Assembly (NCBI GenBank): GCA_964291625.2
Contig: OZ220089.1
Span: forward strand, 3,936,001 to 4,000,000
Length of the DNA: 64,000 bases
Direction of reading: 5' to 3'
Source of the DNA: Candidatus Latescibacterota bacterium
GTDB taxonomy: Bacteria; Latescibacterota; UBA2968; UBA8231
Shown here in pieces: positions 38,938-49,335 of this stretch (position 1 is its first letter; the number at the start of each line of letters is the position of its first letter). Under the pieces are notes generated by a model. The model was given only the letters and a program-made list of their open reading frames with translations. It did not search any database and had not been told where the DNA came from. The position numbers and the translations under genes were made by a program.

Positions 38938-40494
38938 ATGACCAGCGCCCACCCCGAAACCCCCGCCGCCCCCGAGCCCCGGTCGCGCGGCCAACGCATC
39001 GGCCTGTGGCTCGGGCCGCTGCTCTTCGCCGTCACGCTGTTCCTCGACCTGGAGCCGGGCCAACCCGAGGTCACGCGCATGGCGGCGGTGGCCCTGCTCA
39101 TGGCCACCTGGTGGATCACCGACGCCATCCCGCTCTACGCCACGGCCCTGCTGCCGCTGATCCTCTATCCGCTCCTCGGCATCGAGCGGACCCGGGCCAC
39201 GGCGCCGGTCTACTTCAACAGCACCATCGTCCTCTTCCTGGGCGGCTTCATGATCGCCCTCACCATGGAGAAGTGGGACGTCCACCGGCGCATCGCCCTG
39301 TGGGTCATCCGCTCGGTGGGGGGAGGGCCGGCGCGGATCGTGCTCGGCTTCATGCTCGCCGCGGCCTTCCTCTCCATGTGGATCTCCAACACGGCGACGG
39401 CGATCATGATGCTTCCGGTGGGTCTCGCCGTGATCCTGCGGATGGAGGAACAGTTCGGCCGGGAGCGGACCCGCGCCTTCTCGGTGGCCGTCATGCTCGG
39501 CATCGCCTACGCCTGCTCGGCGGGGGGCATCGCCACCCTCGTGGGCACACCGCCGAACCTCTCCCTGGAGCGGATCTTCCAGATCACCTTCCCCGAGGCG
39601 CCGCCGATCTCCTTCGGCGTCTGGTTCGTCATGGCGGCGCCGATCTCGCTGATGGTGCTGGCCTGCGCCTGGGCGCTGATCACGCAGGTCTTCTTCCGCA
39701 TCCCGGGCGAGGTCGCCGTCGACCGCGAGGTCCTGGAGTCGGAGGCGCGCAAGCTCGGCCCTGTCGCCTTCGAGGAGCGGGTGATCCTCGCCGTCTTCGC
39801 CGCCACCGCCGTGCTCTGGGTCTTCCGCGCCCCCATCGAGATCGGGGGACTCACCATCCCCGGCTGGTCCGGCCTGCTGCCCTACGGCCACCTGATCGAC
39901 GACGGCACCGTGGCCATCGCCATGGCCGGGATCCTCTTCCTCGTGCCGGCCCGGTCTCCCGGCGCGCCGTCCCGCACGGTGATGGGTCCCGACGTGGTGC
40001 GCGGCCTGCCTTGGAACATCGTCCTCCTCTTCGGCGGCGGCTTCGCCCTCGCCCACGGCTTCCAGGTCACGGGCCTGGCCCGCTTCATCGGCGGCGGCTT
40101 CAGCGGTCTCGGTTCGGTGCCTCCCATCGTCCTCGTCCTCGTCATCTGCCTGTCCATCACCTTCCTCACCGAGCTCACCTCGAACACGGCCACCACCGAG
40201 ATGGTGCTGCCCATCTTCGCCGCCGTCGCCGTCTCCACGGGCCTGCACCCGCTGCTGCTGATGATCCCGGCGACGCTCTCGGCCTCGTGCGCCTTCATGA
40301 TGCCCGTGGCCACGCCCCCCAACGCCGTGGTCTTCGGCAGTGACCGCGTGAGGATCTCGGAGATGGCGCGGGTCGGCGTCGTCCTCAACATTCTCGGGGC
40401 CGTCATCATCACCCTGATCTTCAGCTTCATGGGCCCCCACCTGTTCGGGATCGAGGCCGGCGTGCTGCCGGACTGGGCCCGGCACGGCGGCTGA
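38938..40494 (+). CDS. DASS/SLC13 sodium:dicarboxylate/sulfate symporter
   Basis: SMWISNTAT, TLVGTPPN, TELTSNTAT, FMMPVATPPNA. Confidence 0.92.
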   Translation: MTSAHPETPAAPEPRSRGQRIGLWLGPLLFAVTLFLDLEPGQPEVTRMAAVALLMATWWITDAIPLYATALLPLILYPLLGIERTRATAPVYFNSTIVLFLGGFMIALTMEKWDVHRRIALWVIRSVGGGPARIVLGFMLAAAFLSMWISNTATAIMMLPVGLAVILRMEEQFGRERTRAFSVAVMLGIAYACSAGGIATLVGTPPNLSLERIFQITFPEAPPISFGVWFVMAAPISLMVLACAWALITQVFFRIPGEVAVDREVLESEARKLGPVAFEERVILAVFAATAVLWVFRAPIEIGGLTIPGWSGLLPYGHLIDDGTVAIAMAGILFLVPARSPGAPSRTVMGPDVVRGLPWNIVLLFGGGFALAHGFQVTGLARFIGGGFSGLGSVPPIVLVLVICLSITFLTELTSNTATTEMVLPIFAAVAVSTGLHPLLLMIPATLSASCAFMMPVATPPNAVVFGSDRVRISEMARVGVVLNILGAVIITLIFSFMGPHLFGIEAGVLPDWARHGG

Positions 40495-40518
40495 GCCCGC
40501 GCGCCGAGGAGCGCAGCG

Positions 40519-41697
40519 ATGATCGAAGGACCCCGCGCCTGCAGACCCGAGGAGTTCGACGAGACCCTGGCCCTGATCAACGCCACCTTCCGGCCCGACT
40601 CGGACCAGGACATCCTCACCGACTACCCCCTGATCTTCAACGACCGCGGCCTCCGCTACATGCGCATCCTCAAGGCGGCGGGCCAGGTGGTGGCCCACGT
40701 CCCGGTGGCGCCGCGGAAGATCATCGCCGGCGACGACTCCTTCACCGCCGGCATCATCAGCCCCACCGTCACCCATCCCGACCACCGCCGGACGGGATAC
40801 GCCACCCGCTGCCTGCGCGACTGCGTGCGCATCATGAAGGAGAACGGGTGGCCCGTGTCGACCCTGTGGACCCTGGAGGCCACCTTCCCCTTCTACCACC
40901 ACTCCGGCTGGGAGGCGTTGGGCAACCAGGGGTGGATGTACTCCCTTGCCCCCGGTGACGAGGCGCTCTTCGAGCGGGGAGAGTTCGAGATCGTTCCCTT
41001 CGACCCGGGGCGGGACGAGCACCTCGATGCGGTCATCCGCTTCCACGACGCCGAGCCCTGGCGCGTCGCCCGCAACAGGGAGGAGTACGCCGCCCTGCTG
41101 ACGCTGCCGAAGATCGACACGCGGGTGGCCCTGGCCGGCAGCGAGGTGGCCGGCTACCTGTGCGTGGGGTCGGGAAGGAACAAGCCGGGCCTGAACGAGG
41201 CGGGGGGGAGCGCCGCGGCGGTGGAAGCCCTGGTGGCCGAGGCGGTGAGGAGCTGCGCGCCGGTGCAGGCGGTGACAAAGCTGAAGCCCACCGTGCTCGA
41301 CGACCTGCTCGCGGATCGGGTGGGATCGACGCGGCAGCCGGTGGCGCGGGCCTCCGGCGTCGGGTTCCAGATGATCCGCATCAACAGCCTCGACCTGCTG
41401 CTGAGAAGCATCGAGAGCCACCTGCGCTCGAGGGCCGCCGGCCTCTCCGGCGCGGTTACCCTGGAGTGCACGGATACCGGCGAGCTCGTGACAGTGGAGT
41501 TCCGCGGCGGGGAGGTCCGCTTCGTCGACGACGCTCCGGCCGAGGAGCGGGTGGCGCTGACGGAGCGGCAGATGGTGCAGCTGATCTTCGGTGGCCACCC
41601 CTTCTGCGAGCCATTGGACCTGCCCGCGAAAGCGGCCGACCTTCTGGACCGCGTGTTCCCCTTCTACTTCCCCATCTGGGAGCTGGACCGCTCATGA
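40519..41697 (+). CDS. GNAT (Eis-like) acetyltransferase
   Basis: VTHPDHRRTGYA motif A, FYHHSGWE. Confidence 0.75.
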   Translation: MIEGPRACRPEEFDETLALINATFRPDSDQDILTDYPLIFNDRGLRYMRILKAAGQVVAHVPVAPRKIIAGDDSFTAGIISPTVTHPDHRRTGYATRCLRDCVRIMKENGWPVSTLWTLEATFPFYHHSGWEALGNQGWMYSLAPGDEALFERGEFEIVPFDPGRDEHLDAVIRFHDAEPWRVARNREEYAALLTLPKIDTRVALAGSEVAGYLCVGSGRNKPGLNEAGGSAAAVEALVAEAVRSCAPVQAVTKLKPTVLDDLLADRVGSTRQPVARASGVGFQMIRINSLDLLLRSIESHLRSRAAGLSGAVTLECTDTGELVTVEFRGGEVRFVDDAPAEERVALTERQMVQLIFGGHPFCEPLDLPAKAADLLDRVFPFYFPIWELDRS

Positions 41698-42578
41698 ATC
41701 GCACCTACCCTGTCGACCTGCAGACCCACACGAAATTCTCGGACGGCACGGACACACCGGAAGAGCTGATCGCCAAGGCGGCGGCCGCCGGCATCCGCGT
41801 CCTGGCGGTGACGGACCATGACGGCGTGGGGGGTGTGGCAGCCGCCCGTGCCGCCGGCGCAGAGGCGGGTGTGCACGTACTCCCCGCCATCGAGCTGAGC
41901 ACGGCCAAGGAGGAGGAGCGGGACTTCCTGGACATCCACGTCCTGGGATACGGCATCGACCCGGACGATCTGAAGTTGCTGGAGACGTTGAAGAAGGTGA
42001 TCGAGAGCCGCGTCGAGCAGAAGGTCAGCCAGGTGAGGCGGCTCCACGACTACGGGCTGCACGTGCCGGAGCAGGACGTGATGGACCTGGCCGGCGACGG
42101 AGTGCCCGGCCGTCCCCACATCGCGCAGATCGCCATCCAGCACAATCCCGGCCGGTTCTCCTCCATCGACGACGTCTTCGAGCAGTACCTGGCTCCCGAC
42201 GCCCAGGACTCCGTATGGGTGCCGCGCCGCTTCAGTCTGAAGGTGGAGGACGCCATCGACCTGATCCACGCGGCGGGCGGGAAGGCGGTGCTGGCCCACC
42301 CGGGTGTCTACCATCGCGTGCGCAAACTGGAGGATGCCGTGCGCCGGATGGCCGAGGCCGGCCTCGACGGTCTGGAGGTGTCCTATCCGTATGGCTCCGA
42401 GGAGCGCGGCGGCGGCGCGGAGGAGCTGATCCCCCGTTTCGCCCGGCTCGCCGAGCGCTTCGGTCTGTTCGCCACGGGCGGCAGCGACTACCACGGTGGG
42501 AGCAGGAAGAACCGCCTCGGCGAGGCGGGTCTCGAGTGGGACCAGTGGGAGCGGCTGCGCGATGCGAATGGGTGGTAG
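41694..42578 (+). CDS. PHP-domain phosphoesterase
   Basis: DLQTHTKFSDG, TDHD, GRPH, LAHP, GGSDYHG. Confidence 0.9.
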   Translation: MNRTYPVDLQTHTKFSDGTDTPEELIAKAAAAGIRVLAVTDHDGVGGVAAARAAGAEAGVHVLPAIELSTAKEEERDFLDIHVLGYGIDPDDLKLLETLKKVIESRVEQKVSQVRRLHDYGLHVPEQDVMDLAGDGVPGRPHIAQIAIQHNPGRFSSIDDVFEQYLAPDAQDSVWVPRRFSLKVEDAIDLIHAAGGKAVLAHPGVYHRVRKLEDAVRRMAEAGLDGLEVSYPYGSEERGGGAEELIPRFARLAERFGLFATGGSDYHGGSRKNRLGEAGLEWDQWERLRDANGW

Positions 42579-42606
42579 GGGCCGTGAGGGCGGTACCCCG
42601 AGAGGG

Positions 42607-43902
42607 CTATCCCCTCATGGACTGTCTTATTTCCTTCGCCAGGCGCCTGGCCCTTGCAGCAGCCGTGCTTGAACTCAGGTACTCGAAATTGCCCTGTCTT
42701 CCGACGCCATCGATACCCAGGTTGGCGAGCTTGGCCCGTTCACCTTGTACTCTCTCCGTGTCCCCATGTCTGAATACAGGATATGCATGCTCCGTAACTG
42801 CTTTGCCGAGGTAGCTCGGTGGTTTGTGGAAAACACGGTGCTCGGAAACATGCCTCTCAAAGTCCTCTATGAGCTCCTCGATCTGAGACTCAGAGGTATG
42901 CCTTGTGGTGATCTCAACAACCAAGTACGACTCACCATCCAGGCGATAGAGAGCGGAATGGTTCGTGATTCGCTTCCAGGATCCAGATAGTGTGAAGTTG
43001 AACAGGGTCGTCCAGTCGCAGCAAGGGATTCCCTTGTAGAACAGGGAAACCAGGTTCATGGTTTCCAGTCTGACTTCTGCATTCGCCCCCATGAGCCTCA
43101 ACATCGAAGGAATGGGAATCGTCGAAACAACGCGATCATAGCTTCGCAATTCCGAACCGAAGTTGACGGTGAATCCGCCTTCTGACCGCGCTACTTTCCT
43201 CACCTCTGTATCGAGATAGACGGTGGTTCCCAGGGACTCCAGGTACTGCTGAATGGGCGCGTATGCTGCGTCAAATCCCGCCATCGGTCTTACGTAAGTG
43301 CATTCTGCATGCTCAGCTGGCCTTCTCTCCCCCTTCAAGGCTTGAAACACCATCCGGCGGATTGGGTAGTTCCGGATGTAGGACAGCCTTTGAAGCGCAA
43401 ACTCGATCCCCACGTCCTGATCTGAAATTCCATAGAGGCGTTCGAGGTAGTTCTGGATTCCGCTATTCCGATACACCGCCCTGCCCATATGGTACTTTGC
43501 GTAGGCCGGGACACTCTTGCGGCGATGGTATAGCAGTCTGCAAATCCCAAGGTCGAGTGCCGCATACAGGACGCCCAGCCAACCATGGTCCTGGCCGTAT
43601 GTCTTGATTGTGAGGGGATAGGTGTCCACGCTGCCGCGTGGCGTGATCGTGCGCTCTCTCAGTTGAACCTGGGTAAAGTGGTCCTTCAAGAAAGGGAAAC
43701 TGTGGAATATGTCGTGTTTGTCATTGAAGATGAAATACCCGACATCGAAGGCAAATCCGTCCACACAGACACTGCGATGCAGACCGCCAAGTCGGGGCGC
43801 ACGCTCGATCACGTCGACCGACAGACGAGGATCCTTGGCCAGCTCACAGGCGGTGCATACGCCTGAGATGCCGCCTCCTATGACCGCGATTCTCTTAGTC
43901 AT
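42607..43902 (-). CDS. FAD-dependent oxidoreductase (protoporphyrinogen oxidase/UDP-galactopyranose mutase-like); start may extend to 43959
   Basis: IAVIGGGISG, ERAPRLGG, HAYPV, GRQGNFEY; visibly lower GC. Confidence 0.75.
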   Translation of the reverse strand: MTKRIAVIGGGISGVCTACELAKDPRLSVDVIERAPRLGGLHRSVCVDGFAFDVGYFIFNDKHDIFHSFPFLKDHFTQVQLRERTITPRGSVDTYPLTIKTYGQDHGWLGVLYAALDLGICRLLYHRRKSVPAYAKYHMGRAVYRNSGIQNYLERLYGISDQDVGIEFALQRLSYIRNYPIRRMVFQALKGERRPAEHAECTYVRPMAGFDAAYAPIQQYLESLGTTVYLDTEVRKVARSEGGFTVNFGSELRSYDRVVSTIPIPSMLRLMGANAEVRLETMNLVSLFYKGIPCCDWTTLFNFTLSGSWKRITNHSALYRLDGESYLVVEITTRHTSESQIEELIEDFERHVSEHRVFHKPPSYLGKAVTEHAYPVFRHGDTERVQGERAKLANLGIDGVGRQGNFEYLSSSTAAARARRLAKEIRQSMRG

Positions 43903-43934
43903 GCCATGGTTTGGCATGTCATGCGAGTTGTCAC

Positions 43935-45335
43935 TCACCTGTTCCACACCTGTCGCCATGCCTCGAATTCGGACGGGGTGACCCGATAGCGGGCGAAGTT
44001 CCTCTCGTGCAGGCTCAGAAGCTCGCGCTCGGCAATCTCGCGAAACCGTTCCCCGTCCCGCCCATCGATGTGCTCCTGTGTCCAGGAGCTGATGTGGGCC
44101 GCGGCCTGCTTCTTGTCCATCCCCCCGCGAACGACCTCGCCAACGATCTGGCGCAGCTCCGTGCGGTGCCCCATCCGGAAGGGATCGGGCTCGCCAAGGG
44201 ACTGCCTGACGGCGGCGTAACGGGCGGCCGAGCGTCCATAGGCCCAGAGGAACACGTCGCGCAGCAGTTCGATGCGCCTCAGCTCGTACACTCCGAGTAT
44301 GGCTTCGGTATACAGGTCCCGGGGCAGGTCCTCGAAGGACAGCGGCGACAGATTCCCCTTGATCAGGGGAATGTTGGCGGCGAGTCGTGACACCCGCTTG
44401 TTGACATCATCGAAGGGCTGCAGGTAGGGAAGCTGCACCATGGCGAAGAAGGCTTGCTCAAAGGGATCGCCGATCGCCGAAGCCGTCTCAAGAACCTGAT
44501 CGAAGCATTCCTGGATGAGTGGCGGCGTCTCCAGCGGATGGAAGACCGAGCCCGCGATACCCACGCCGATATGCCGGAGACGCCCCGTCGCCTCCGGGTC
44601 GGCCAGCAGGTTGTCCGCCAGCAGCGCGTGAAGGTTGAGGAGGGTGTAGCGACTGAAACCGATGTCCTCTGCCCCCTCGACCAGGAACTCGATGGCGTCC
44701 TTGTGGTTGAGGATCATCAGCGCTTCGAGCTGCTCCTTGCCTTCCGCTTCTTCCCCGATCTCGAGCAGACGCGTTGTGTCGAGCAGGGAGTAGGTGTTGC
44801 CCTCCAGCCGGCTTGAGTTCCATGACAGATCGATCAGCAGCCTGTCCAGGATGCGCCTGGCGTAGGTGCCTGCGGGCTGCCCGGGGATCTTCGGCGTCCC
44901 CACTTCTCGAAGGTGTTCCCGTTCCGCCTGCGAGAGATAGAAGGTCTCTCCGGGCCGGTACGAATCAAGGAACGCGCGGTCATAGCCGACCGGCTGACGC
45001 GCCGCCAGCGGCTGTCTGACATATTCACGGATTTCGGCGGCAGCTTCGGAGAGCGGCGGGGTGACACTCAGCCGAACACTGACTGTGGGAGTTCCGGACA
45101 CAAACTGAGCTGACAGCGAAGTCGCTTGAGGGGTGCGGTATCGCGCCCAGCGGCCTTTGCCATCCATGATCAGGCGGCCGCCGTCGACGAGGGACTTCAG
45201 GCGGTACTGCAGGGTCCGGCGGGCCGGCTCCGAAGCCAGGGCATCGCTGATCTGCCGTGCGGTCCGGCCCTCCGGGTACGGCCGCACGACTTCCTCGATC
45301 GCCTGCAAGTCCTCTTCCCTGATGCGCCTTGCCAT
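43935..45335 (-). CDS. Fic-domain protein with N-terminal winged helix
   Basis: SWNSSRLEGNT, QPFDDVNKRVSR; N-terminal RRTLQYRL..L...G.GR.ARY. Confidence 0.88.
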   Translation of the reverse strand: MARRIREEDLQAIEEVVRPYPEGRTARQISDALASEPARRTLQYRLKSLVDGGRLIMDGKGRWARYRTPQATSLSAQFVSGTPTVSVRLSVTPPLSEAAAEIREYVRQPLAARQPVGYDRAFLDSYRPGETFYLSQAEREHLREVGTPKIPGQPAGTYARRILDRLLIDLSWNSSRLEGNTYSLLDTTRLLEIGEEAEGKEQLEALMILNHKDAIEFLVEGAEDIGFSRYTLLNLHALLADNLLADPEATGRLRHIGVGIAGSVFHPLETPPLIQECFDQVLETASAIGDPFEQAFFAMVQLPYLQPFDDVNKRVSRLAANIPLIKGNLSPLSFEDLPRDLYTEAILGVYELRRIELLRDVFLWAYGRSAARYAAVRQSLGEPDPFRMGHRTELRQIVGEVVRGGMDKKQAAAHISSWTQEHIDGRDGERFREIAERELLSLHERNFARYRVTPSEFEAWRQVWNR

Positions 45336-45362
45336 CGTGTCCTCGATCTCGTCCGAAGAAGA

Positions 45363-45427
45363 ATATGCGCAATATAGCCCGCATATGCGCAATTATCAAT
45401 TGTACGCGCAAACATATCCTGCGCACA
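45363..45427. promoter_or_regulatory. Direct repeats of (A)TATGCGCAA upstream of the fic gene
   Basis: ATATGCGCAAT at 45363 and 45383; degenerate copies near 45402 and 45418. Confidence 0.55.
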
Positions 45428-45732
45428 GCAGAGCATTCGGGTCTGGCGGCGACTGTCTGATGGCTGACGGCCGCCAGGCCGCCTCGTCGAGTTGGAGCTG
45501 GGGGTCGAGGCGGGCTGGAGGGACAGGCGGCGCACGCGACGGCAGACCGACGCCCTCGAGATAGGGGCGCACCGGCAGAGCAGGGGTCCTGGGCCAGGTC
45601 TGCCTCCACCGCGCCGAGGATCGGTCAGGGCAGCCATCCCTCGTAGCGAGCCGTTGGACCTGCCCGCGAGGGCGGCCGACCTTCTGCACCAAGTGTCGCA
45701 TCTACTCGTAGCGGTCGGGCGGAGAGGCAAGG

Positions 45733-46602
45733 ATGACCGAGACCATCAGGAAACCGGACCCCGGATACAGGTACGAGTTCGGCAGGAACGAGCTCGACGC
45801 CATGTCGGAGTGCCTGGAAGCGCACGGCTTCGCCATCATCAAGGAGGTCCTGCCCGACGACATCGTCGCCGGCCTGAGGGAGGCCGTGTGGGAGGGCACG
45901 GACCCGGAGCGCACCCTGGGCCCCGGGGAGTCCCGCACCCGCCACGCTTGGATCGAGTCGGGGCCGGGGGCCTGGTCGCTGCTGGAGCACGAGCCCTTCA
46001 TGGAGATCCACCGGCACCTGATCGGAACGGACGAGATGACCGTTCACCGCTCGGCCGCCATCGTCCGCATGCCGGGGTCGGCGCCGGTCCGCTGGCACAG
46101 CGACTGGCAGGGGTTCAGCGAGGGGCCGCCGAAGAACGCCGGCGAGGTCCTCAACCGCGGGCTGTGGCCCTCGGGGAAGTGGTTCTACATCACGGGCTCG
46201 AGGCCGGTCCACGGCGGGCTGTGCGTCATCGAGGGTTCCCACGTCGAGGGCTGGGAGGGGCCGGAGGGATTCGCGCTGACCGGCGACCGCCGCTCCTTCT
46301 ACCCCGAAGGGGAGGAGGAATCAAGCTACGACGGCTTCGACATCCCCGGGCTCATCCCCCTCTTCACCGATCCCGGGGACATGATCGTCTTCGCCCACCG
46401 CACCTACCACGGCGCCTTTCCCAACGGCCTGGATGAACCCCGGCTGTCGTGCGCCATCGGCTTCCGCGACCGCAACCACCGCATCGACGTCCCCTGGGAG
46501 ATTCCGGAGAGCGGCCGGCGCTTCCTCGCCGAGCTGCCCGCCCACCTGCGGCGCTACGTCGACGGGTACACCAGCATCGACATCGCCTGGCGGGGGGAGT
46601 AG
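45733..46602 (+). CDS. PhyH-family 2-oxoglutarate/Fe(II) dioxygenase
   Basis: WHSD, GGLCVIEGSH, PGDMIVF..RTYH. Confidence 0.75.
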   Translation: MTETIRKPDPGYRYEFGRNELDAMSECLEAHGFAIIKEVLPDDIVAGLREAVWEGTDPERTLGPGESRTRHAWIESGPGAWSLLEHEPFMEIHRHLIGTDEMTVHRSAAIVRMPGSAPVRWHSDWQGFSEGPPKNAGEVLNRGLWPSGKWFYITGSRPVHGGLCVIEGSHVEGWEGPEGFALTGDRRSFYPEGEEESSYDGFDIPGLIPLFTDPGDMIVFAHRTYHGAFPNGLDEPRLSCAIGFRDRNHRIDVPWEIPESGRRFLAELPAHLRRYVDGYTSIDIAWRGE

Positions 46603-46635
46603 CTCACCCGCCGCGACTAAACCCGGGAGCTCGGG

Positions 46636-48057
46636 TCAGTCCGCTGTGATGCCCTGCAGCAGATCCGGCGGGTGCCGTGCGTGCCAGTCGGTCAGCCCCT
46701 GGTAGGCGGAGGCGACGGCCAGCACCACGTTCTCGTCATAGGCCCGACCCAGGATCTGCAGGCCCATCGGCAAGCCCTCGTCCGAGAACCCCATCGGCAC
46801 CGAGATCGCCGGCAGCCCGATGCAGCTGCCGAACGCTCCCAGCGGATCGGCCGCCCGCTCCCCGGGCTTCTTGACCCAGGGCCGGTCGGCCGGCGGCGCC
46901 ACCGCCGGCAGCGTGGGCGACAGCAGCGCGTCGCAGCGCGCAAGCAGCCGGTCGGCCGCCTCCGCGATGGTGCGCCGCAGCCGCTGCGCCCGCAGGTAGT
47001 CGGTGGCCAGCACCGCGGTTCGGGCATAGGTCCCGATGCGCGCCTCCGGCGCGGTGAGCCCGGCGGTGATGCCGCTGTCGATGAGCTCTTCCATGACGCT
47101 GGCCGACTCGGCCAGGAAGATCGTCCTGGACACCTCGGCGTACGGCAGGTCCGGAAGCTCGACCTCCTCGACATCCGCCACCTCGGCAAGCGCGGCCAGC
47201 GCCTCGCGGAAGCGTTTCTGCACGCCCGGCTGGGAGCCGTCCGGCACGCCCTTGGGGACCCCGAGGCGAAAGCGGCCGCCCTCGGGGCGGTGGGGACGAT
47301 ACTCGTACGGCCGCGTGGTGGTCGCCTCGTCGCGCTCGTCAGGGCCGGCGATCGCATCGAGCACGAGTCCGCAGTCGTCGGCGGTGAGGCACATCGGCCC
47401 CGGCTTGTCCATGCCGTAGGTGAGCGGCATGCCGCCGTGCCGGCTCACGCGGCCGAAGGTGGGGCGCAGCCCGGACACGGCGCAGTTGGCCGACGGTCCC
47501 AGGATCGAGCCCCACGTCTCCGTGCCGATCGCGAACGGCACGAGCCCCGCGGCGACCGCCGACCCGGAGCCGCTGGAGGAGCCGCCGCTCCACGTCTCCG
47601 GGTTCCACGGACTGAGCCCGGGCCCGGTGAACGAGGCGTCCGCCCGACGGTAGCCCGTGCCGCCGGCCAACTCCACCAGCGCCAGCTTGGCGGCCAGCAC
47701 GGCGCCGGCATCCCGCAGCCTGCGGACGATGGTGGCGTCGTAGTCGAAGGCTTGGTCGCGCAGCGGCCCGGCGCCCCACGTCGTCGGGTAACCCTCGGTG
47801 GCGAAGACGTCCTTGAGTCCGTACGGGATGCCGTGCAGGGGACCGCGGTAGCGCCCCTCGCCGATCTCCCGCTCCGCCTGCCGCGCCTGCTTCTCGGCCA
47901 GATCGGGAGTGAGCGTGACCACCGCGTTGTACCGCGGCCCGATCCGCTCCAGCCGGTCCAGGAACAGCCGCGCCAGGGCCACCGGCGACACCTGCCGCGT
48001 GCGCACCCGCTCGGCCAGCTCGCGCAACGGCCGAAAGACGGCGTCGAGCTCGGTCAC
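46636..48057 (-). CDS. Amidase signature family protein (GatA-like)
   Basis: GPLHGIPYGLKD, GGSSSGS, GTETWGSI. Confidence 0.9.
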   Translation of the reverse strand: MTELDAVFRPLRELAERVRTRQVSPVALARLFLDRLERIGPRYNAVVTLTPDLAEKQARQAEREIGEGRYRGPLHGIPYGLKDVFATEGYPTTWGAGPLRDQAFDYDATIVRRLRDAGAVLAAKLALVELAGGTGYRRADASFTGPGLSPWNPETWSGGSSSGSGSAVAAGLVPFAIGTETWGSILGPSANCAVSGLRPTFGRVSRHGGMPLTYGMDKPGPMCLTADDCGLVLDAIAGPDERDEATTTRPYEYRPHRPEGGRFRLGVPKGVPDGSQPGVQKRFREALAALAEVADVEEVELPDLPYAEVSRTIFLAESASVMEELIDSGITAGLTAPEARIGTYARTAVLATDYLRAQRLRRTIAEAADRLLARCDALLSPTLPAVAPPADRPWVKKPGERAADPLGAFGSCIGLPAISVPMGFSDEGLPMGLQILGRAYDENVVLAVASAYQGLTDWHARHPPDLLQGITAD

Positions 48058-48278
48058 CGGTCGTCGCCGCGGTAGGGCCTGAACGGCGGAAACGGCTCCT
48101 GGCCCGGGGCGACCTCGGCCTCCCGGAGCGTCCTGGAGACCCTGACCAACTCCTGGGCCTGCCTGCGGACCTCCGCTTCCTGGTCCGGCTCCGCGAACCG
48201 TTCGCCGTACCGCTCCCGGAGCAGCGCCATGCGCAACTCCACCTCGCGCTCGTCTCTCCCTTCAGGCTCGGCCATCAT
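48054..48278 (-). CDS. Small GatC/AtzG-like amidase partner
   Basis: 74 aa helical ORF ending EPFPPFRPY, overlapping the amidase start. Confidence 0.55.
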   Translation of the reverse strand: MMAEPEGRDEREVELRMALLRERYGERFAEPDQEAEVRRQAQELVRVSRTLREAEVAPGQEPFPPFRPYRGDDR

Positions 48279-48280
48279 CC

Positions 48281-49159
48281 TCACCCCCCGAACTGGAACG
48301 ACTCCACCCCGCGGCAACCCGGCCGGGCCGCGAACAGCCCGCCGGCGTGGGGCTCCTTCTCCTTCTCTTCGTCCGTCATCCCCAGGGAGCCGCTGGTGAT
48401 GTAGAGGGTGTCGAGGTCGGGGCCTCCGAAGGCGCAGGAGGTCGTCTTGGAGACGGGCAGCTCGATCGTCTGCAGGATCTCGCCGCGGTCGGGATGCCAG
48501 CGGCAGACCTTGGCCCCGTCGAAGTGGGCGATCCACAACATCCCTTCCGCATCAATCGCCATGCCGTCGGGGAGGCCGACCTCGCGGGGCACGCGGAAGG
48601 CGATCCGTTCGTTGTCGATGGTCCCGGTCTCCACGTCGTAGTCGTAGACCTGCACGTCGTAGCGGAGGGAGTCGATGAAGTACATCCGGTAGCCGTCCAG
48701 GCTCCAGACGATGCCGTTGGAGATGCTCACGCCGCCGAGCACCTTGCGCACGCTCAGGTCCGTCTCCATGCAGTAGAGGGCGCCGGCTCCCTCCACCGGA
48801 TCGATGGCCATGGTGCCGGCCCAGAACCGGCCGGCGGGATCGCACTTGCCGTCGTTGAAGCGGTTCTCCGGCAGGTGGGCTTCCGGGTCGTGGAGGAGGT
48901 CCAGCTCGCCGCTGGCCGGATCGAAGGCGGCGAACCCGTCCTTGAGGGCCAGCATCAGACCCCCCGAGGCCCGCACCACCACCGTGCCCACGAACTGGCC
49001 GACATCCATGACCCGGTTCGCGTCCCCGGAGGGATCGTGGACGTGCAGCTTGCTCCCCATGATGTCGACCCAGTAGAGCAGTTGCTCGGCGCTGTTCCAG
49101 AGGGCGCCTTCCCCGATCGTGGAATGGGCATCGACCACCAGCTCGACCTGCGTGCTCAT
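48281..49159 (-). CDS. SMP-30/gluconolactonase family protein
   Basis: GEGALW, NRFNDGKCDPAGRFWAGT, SNG, PDGMAID, FGG. Confidence 0.92.
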   Translation of the reverse strand: MSTQVELVVDAHSTIGEGALWNSAEQLLYWVDIMGSKLHVHDPSGDANRVMDVGQFVGTVVVRASGGLMLALKDGFAAFDPASGELDLLHDPEAHLPENRFNDGKCDPAGRFWAGTMAIDPVEGAGALYCMETDLSVRKVLGGVSISNGIVWSLDGYRMYFIDSLRYDVQVYDYDVETGTIDNERIAFRVPREVGLPDGMAIDAEGMLWIAHFDGAKVCRWHPDRGEILQTIELPVSKTTSCAFGGPDLDTLYITSGSLGMTDEEKEKEPHAGGLFAARPGCRGVESFQFGG

Positions 49160-49335
49160 GTCATCTCTCCCGATGCGGTTGGGTAGCGATCTCGCAAGTA
49201 AGGTGCAGGAAGCAGGAAGCGCCATCGGCTGGAGTGGGAGCTCCTTGCGACTGTTCGTGACCTTGATCGAGGTTTCGGCCAGTACATGCCACTGGAATCG
49301 CAGAGGACCTCCGGAGGCGACGGGCCATCCGACCC

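Noticed and set aside
38035-41598. 1187 aa minus-strand ORF, and similar long ORFs such as 54703-57330 and 26935-28479
   Set aside because: Antisense to well-supported genes; expected in high-GC DNA; no domain motifs
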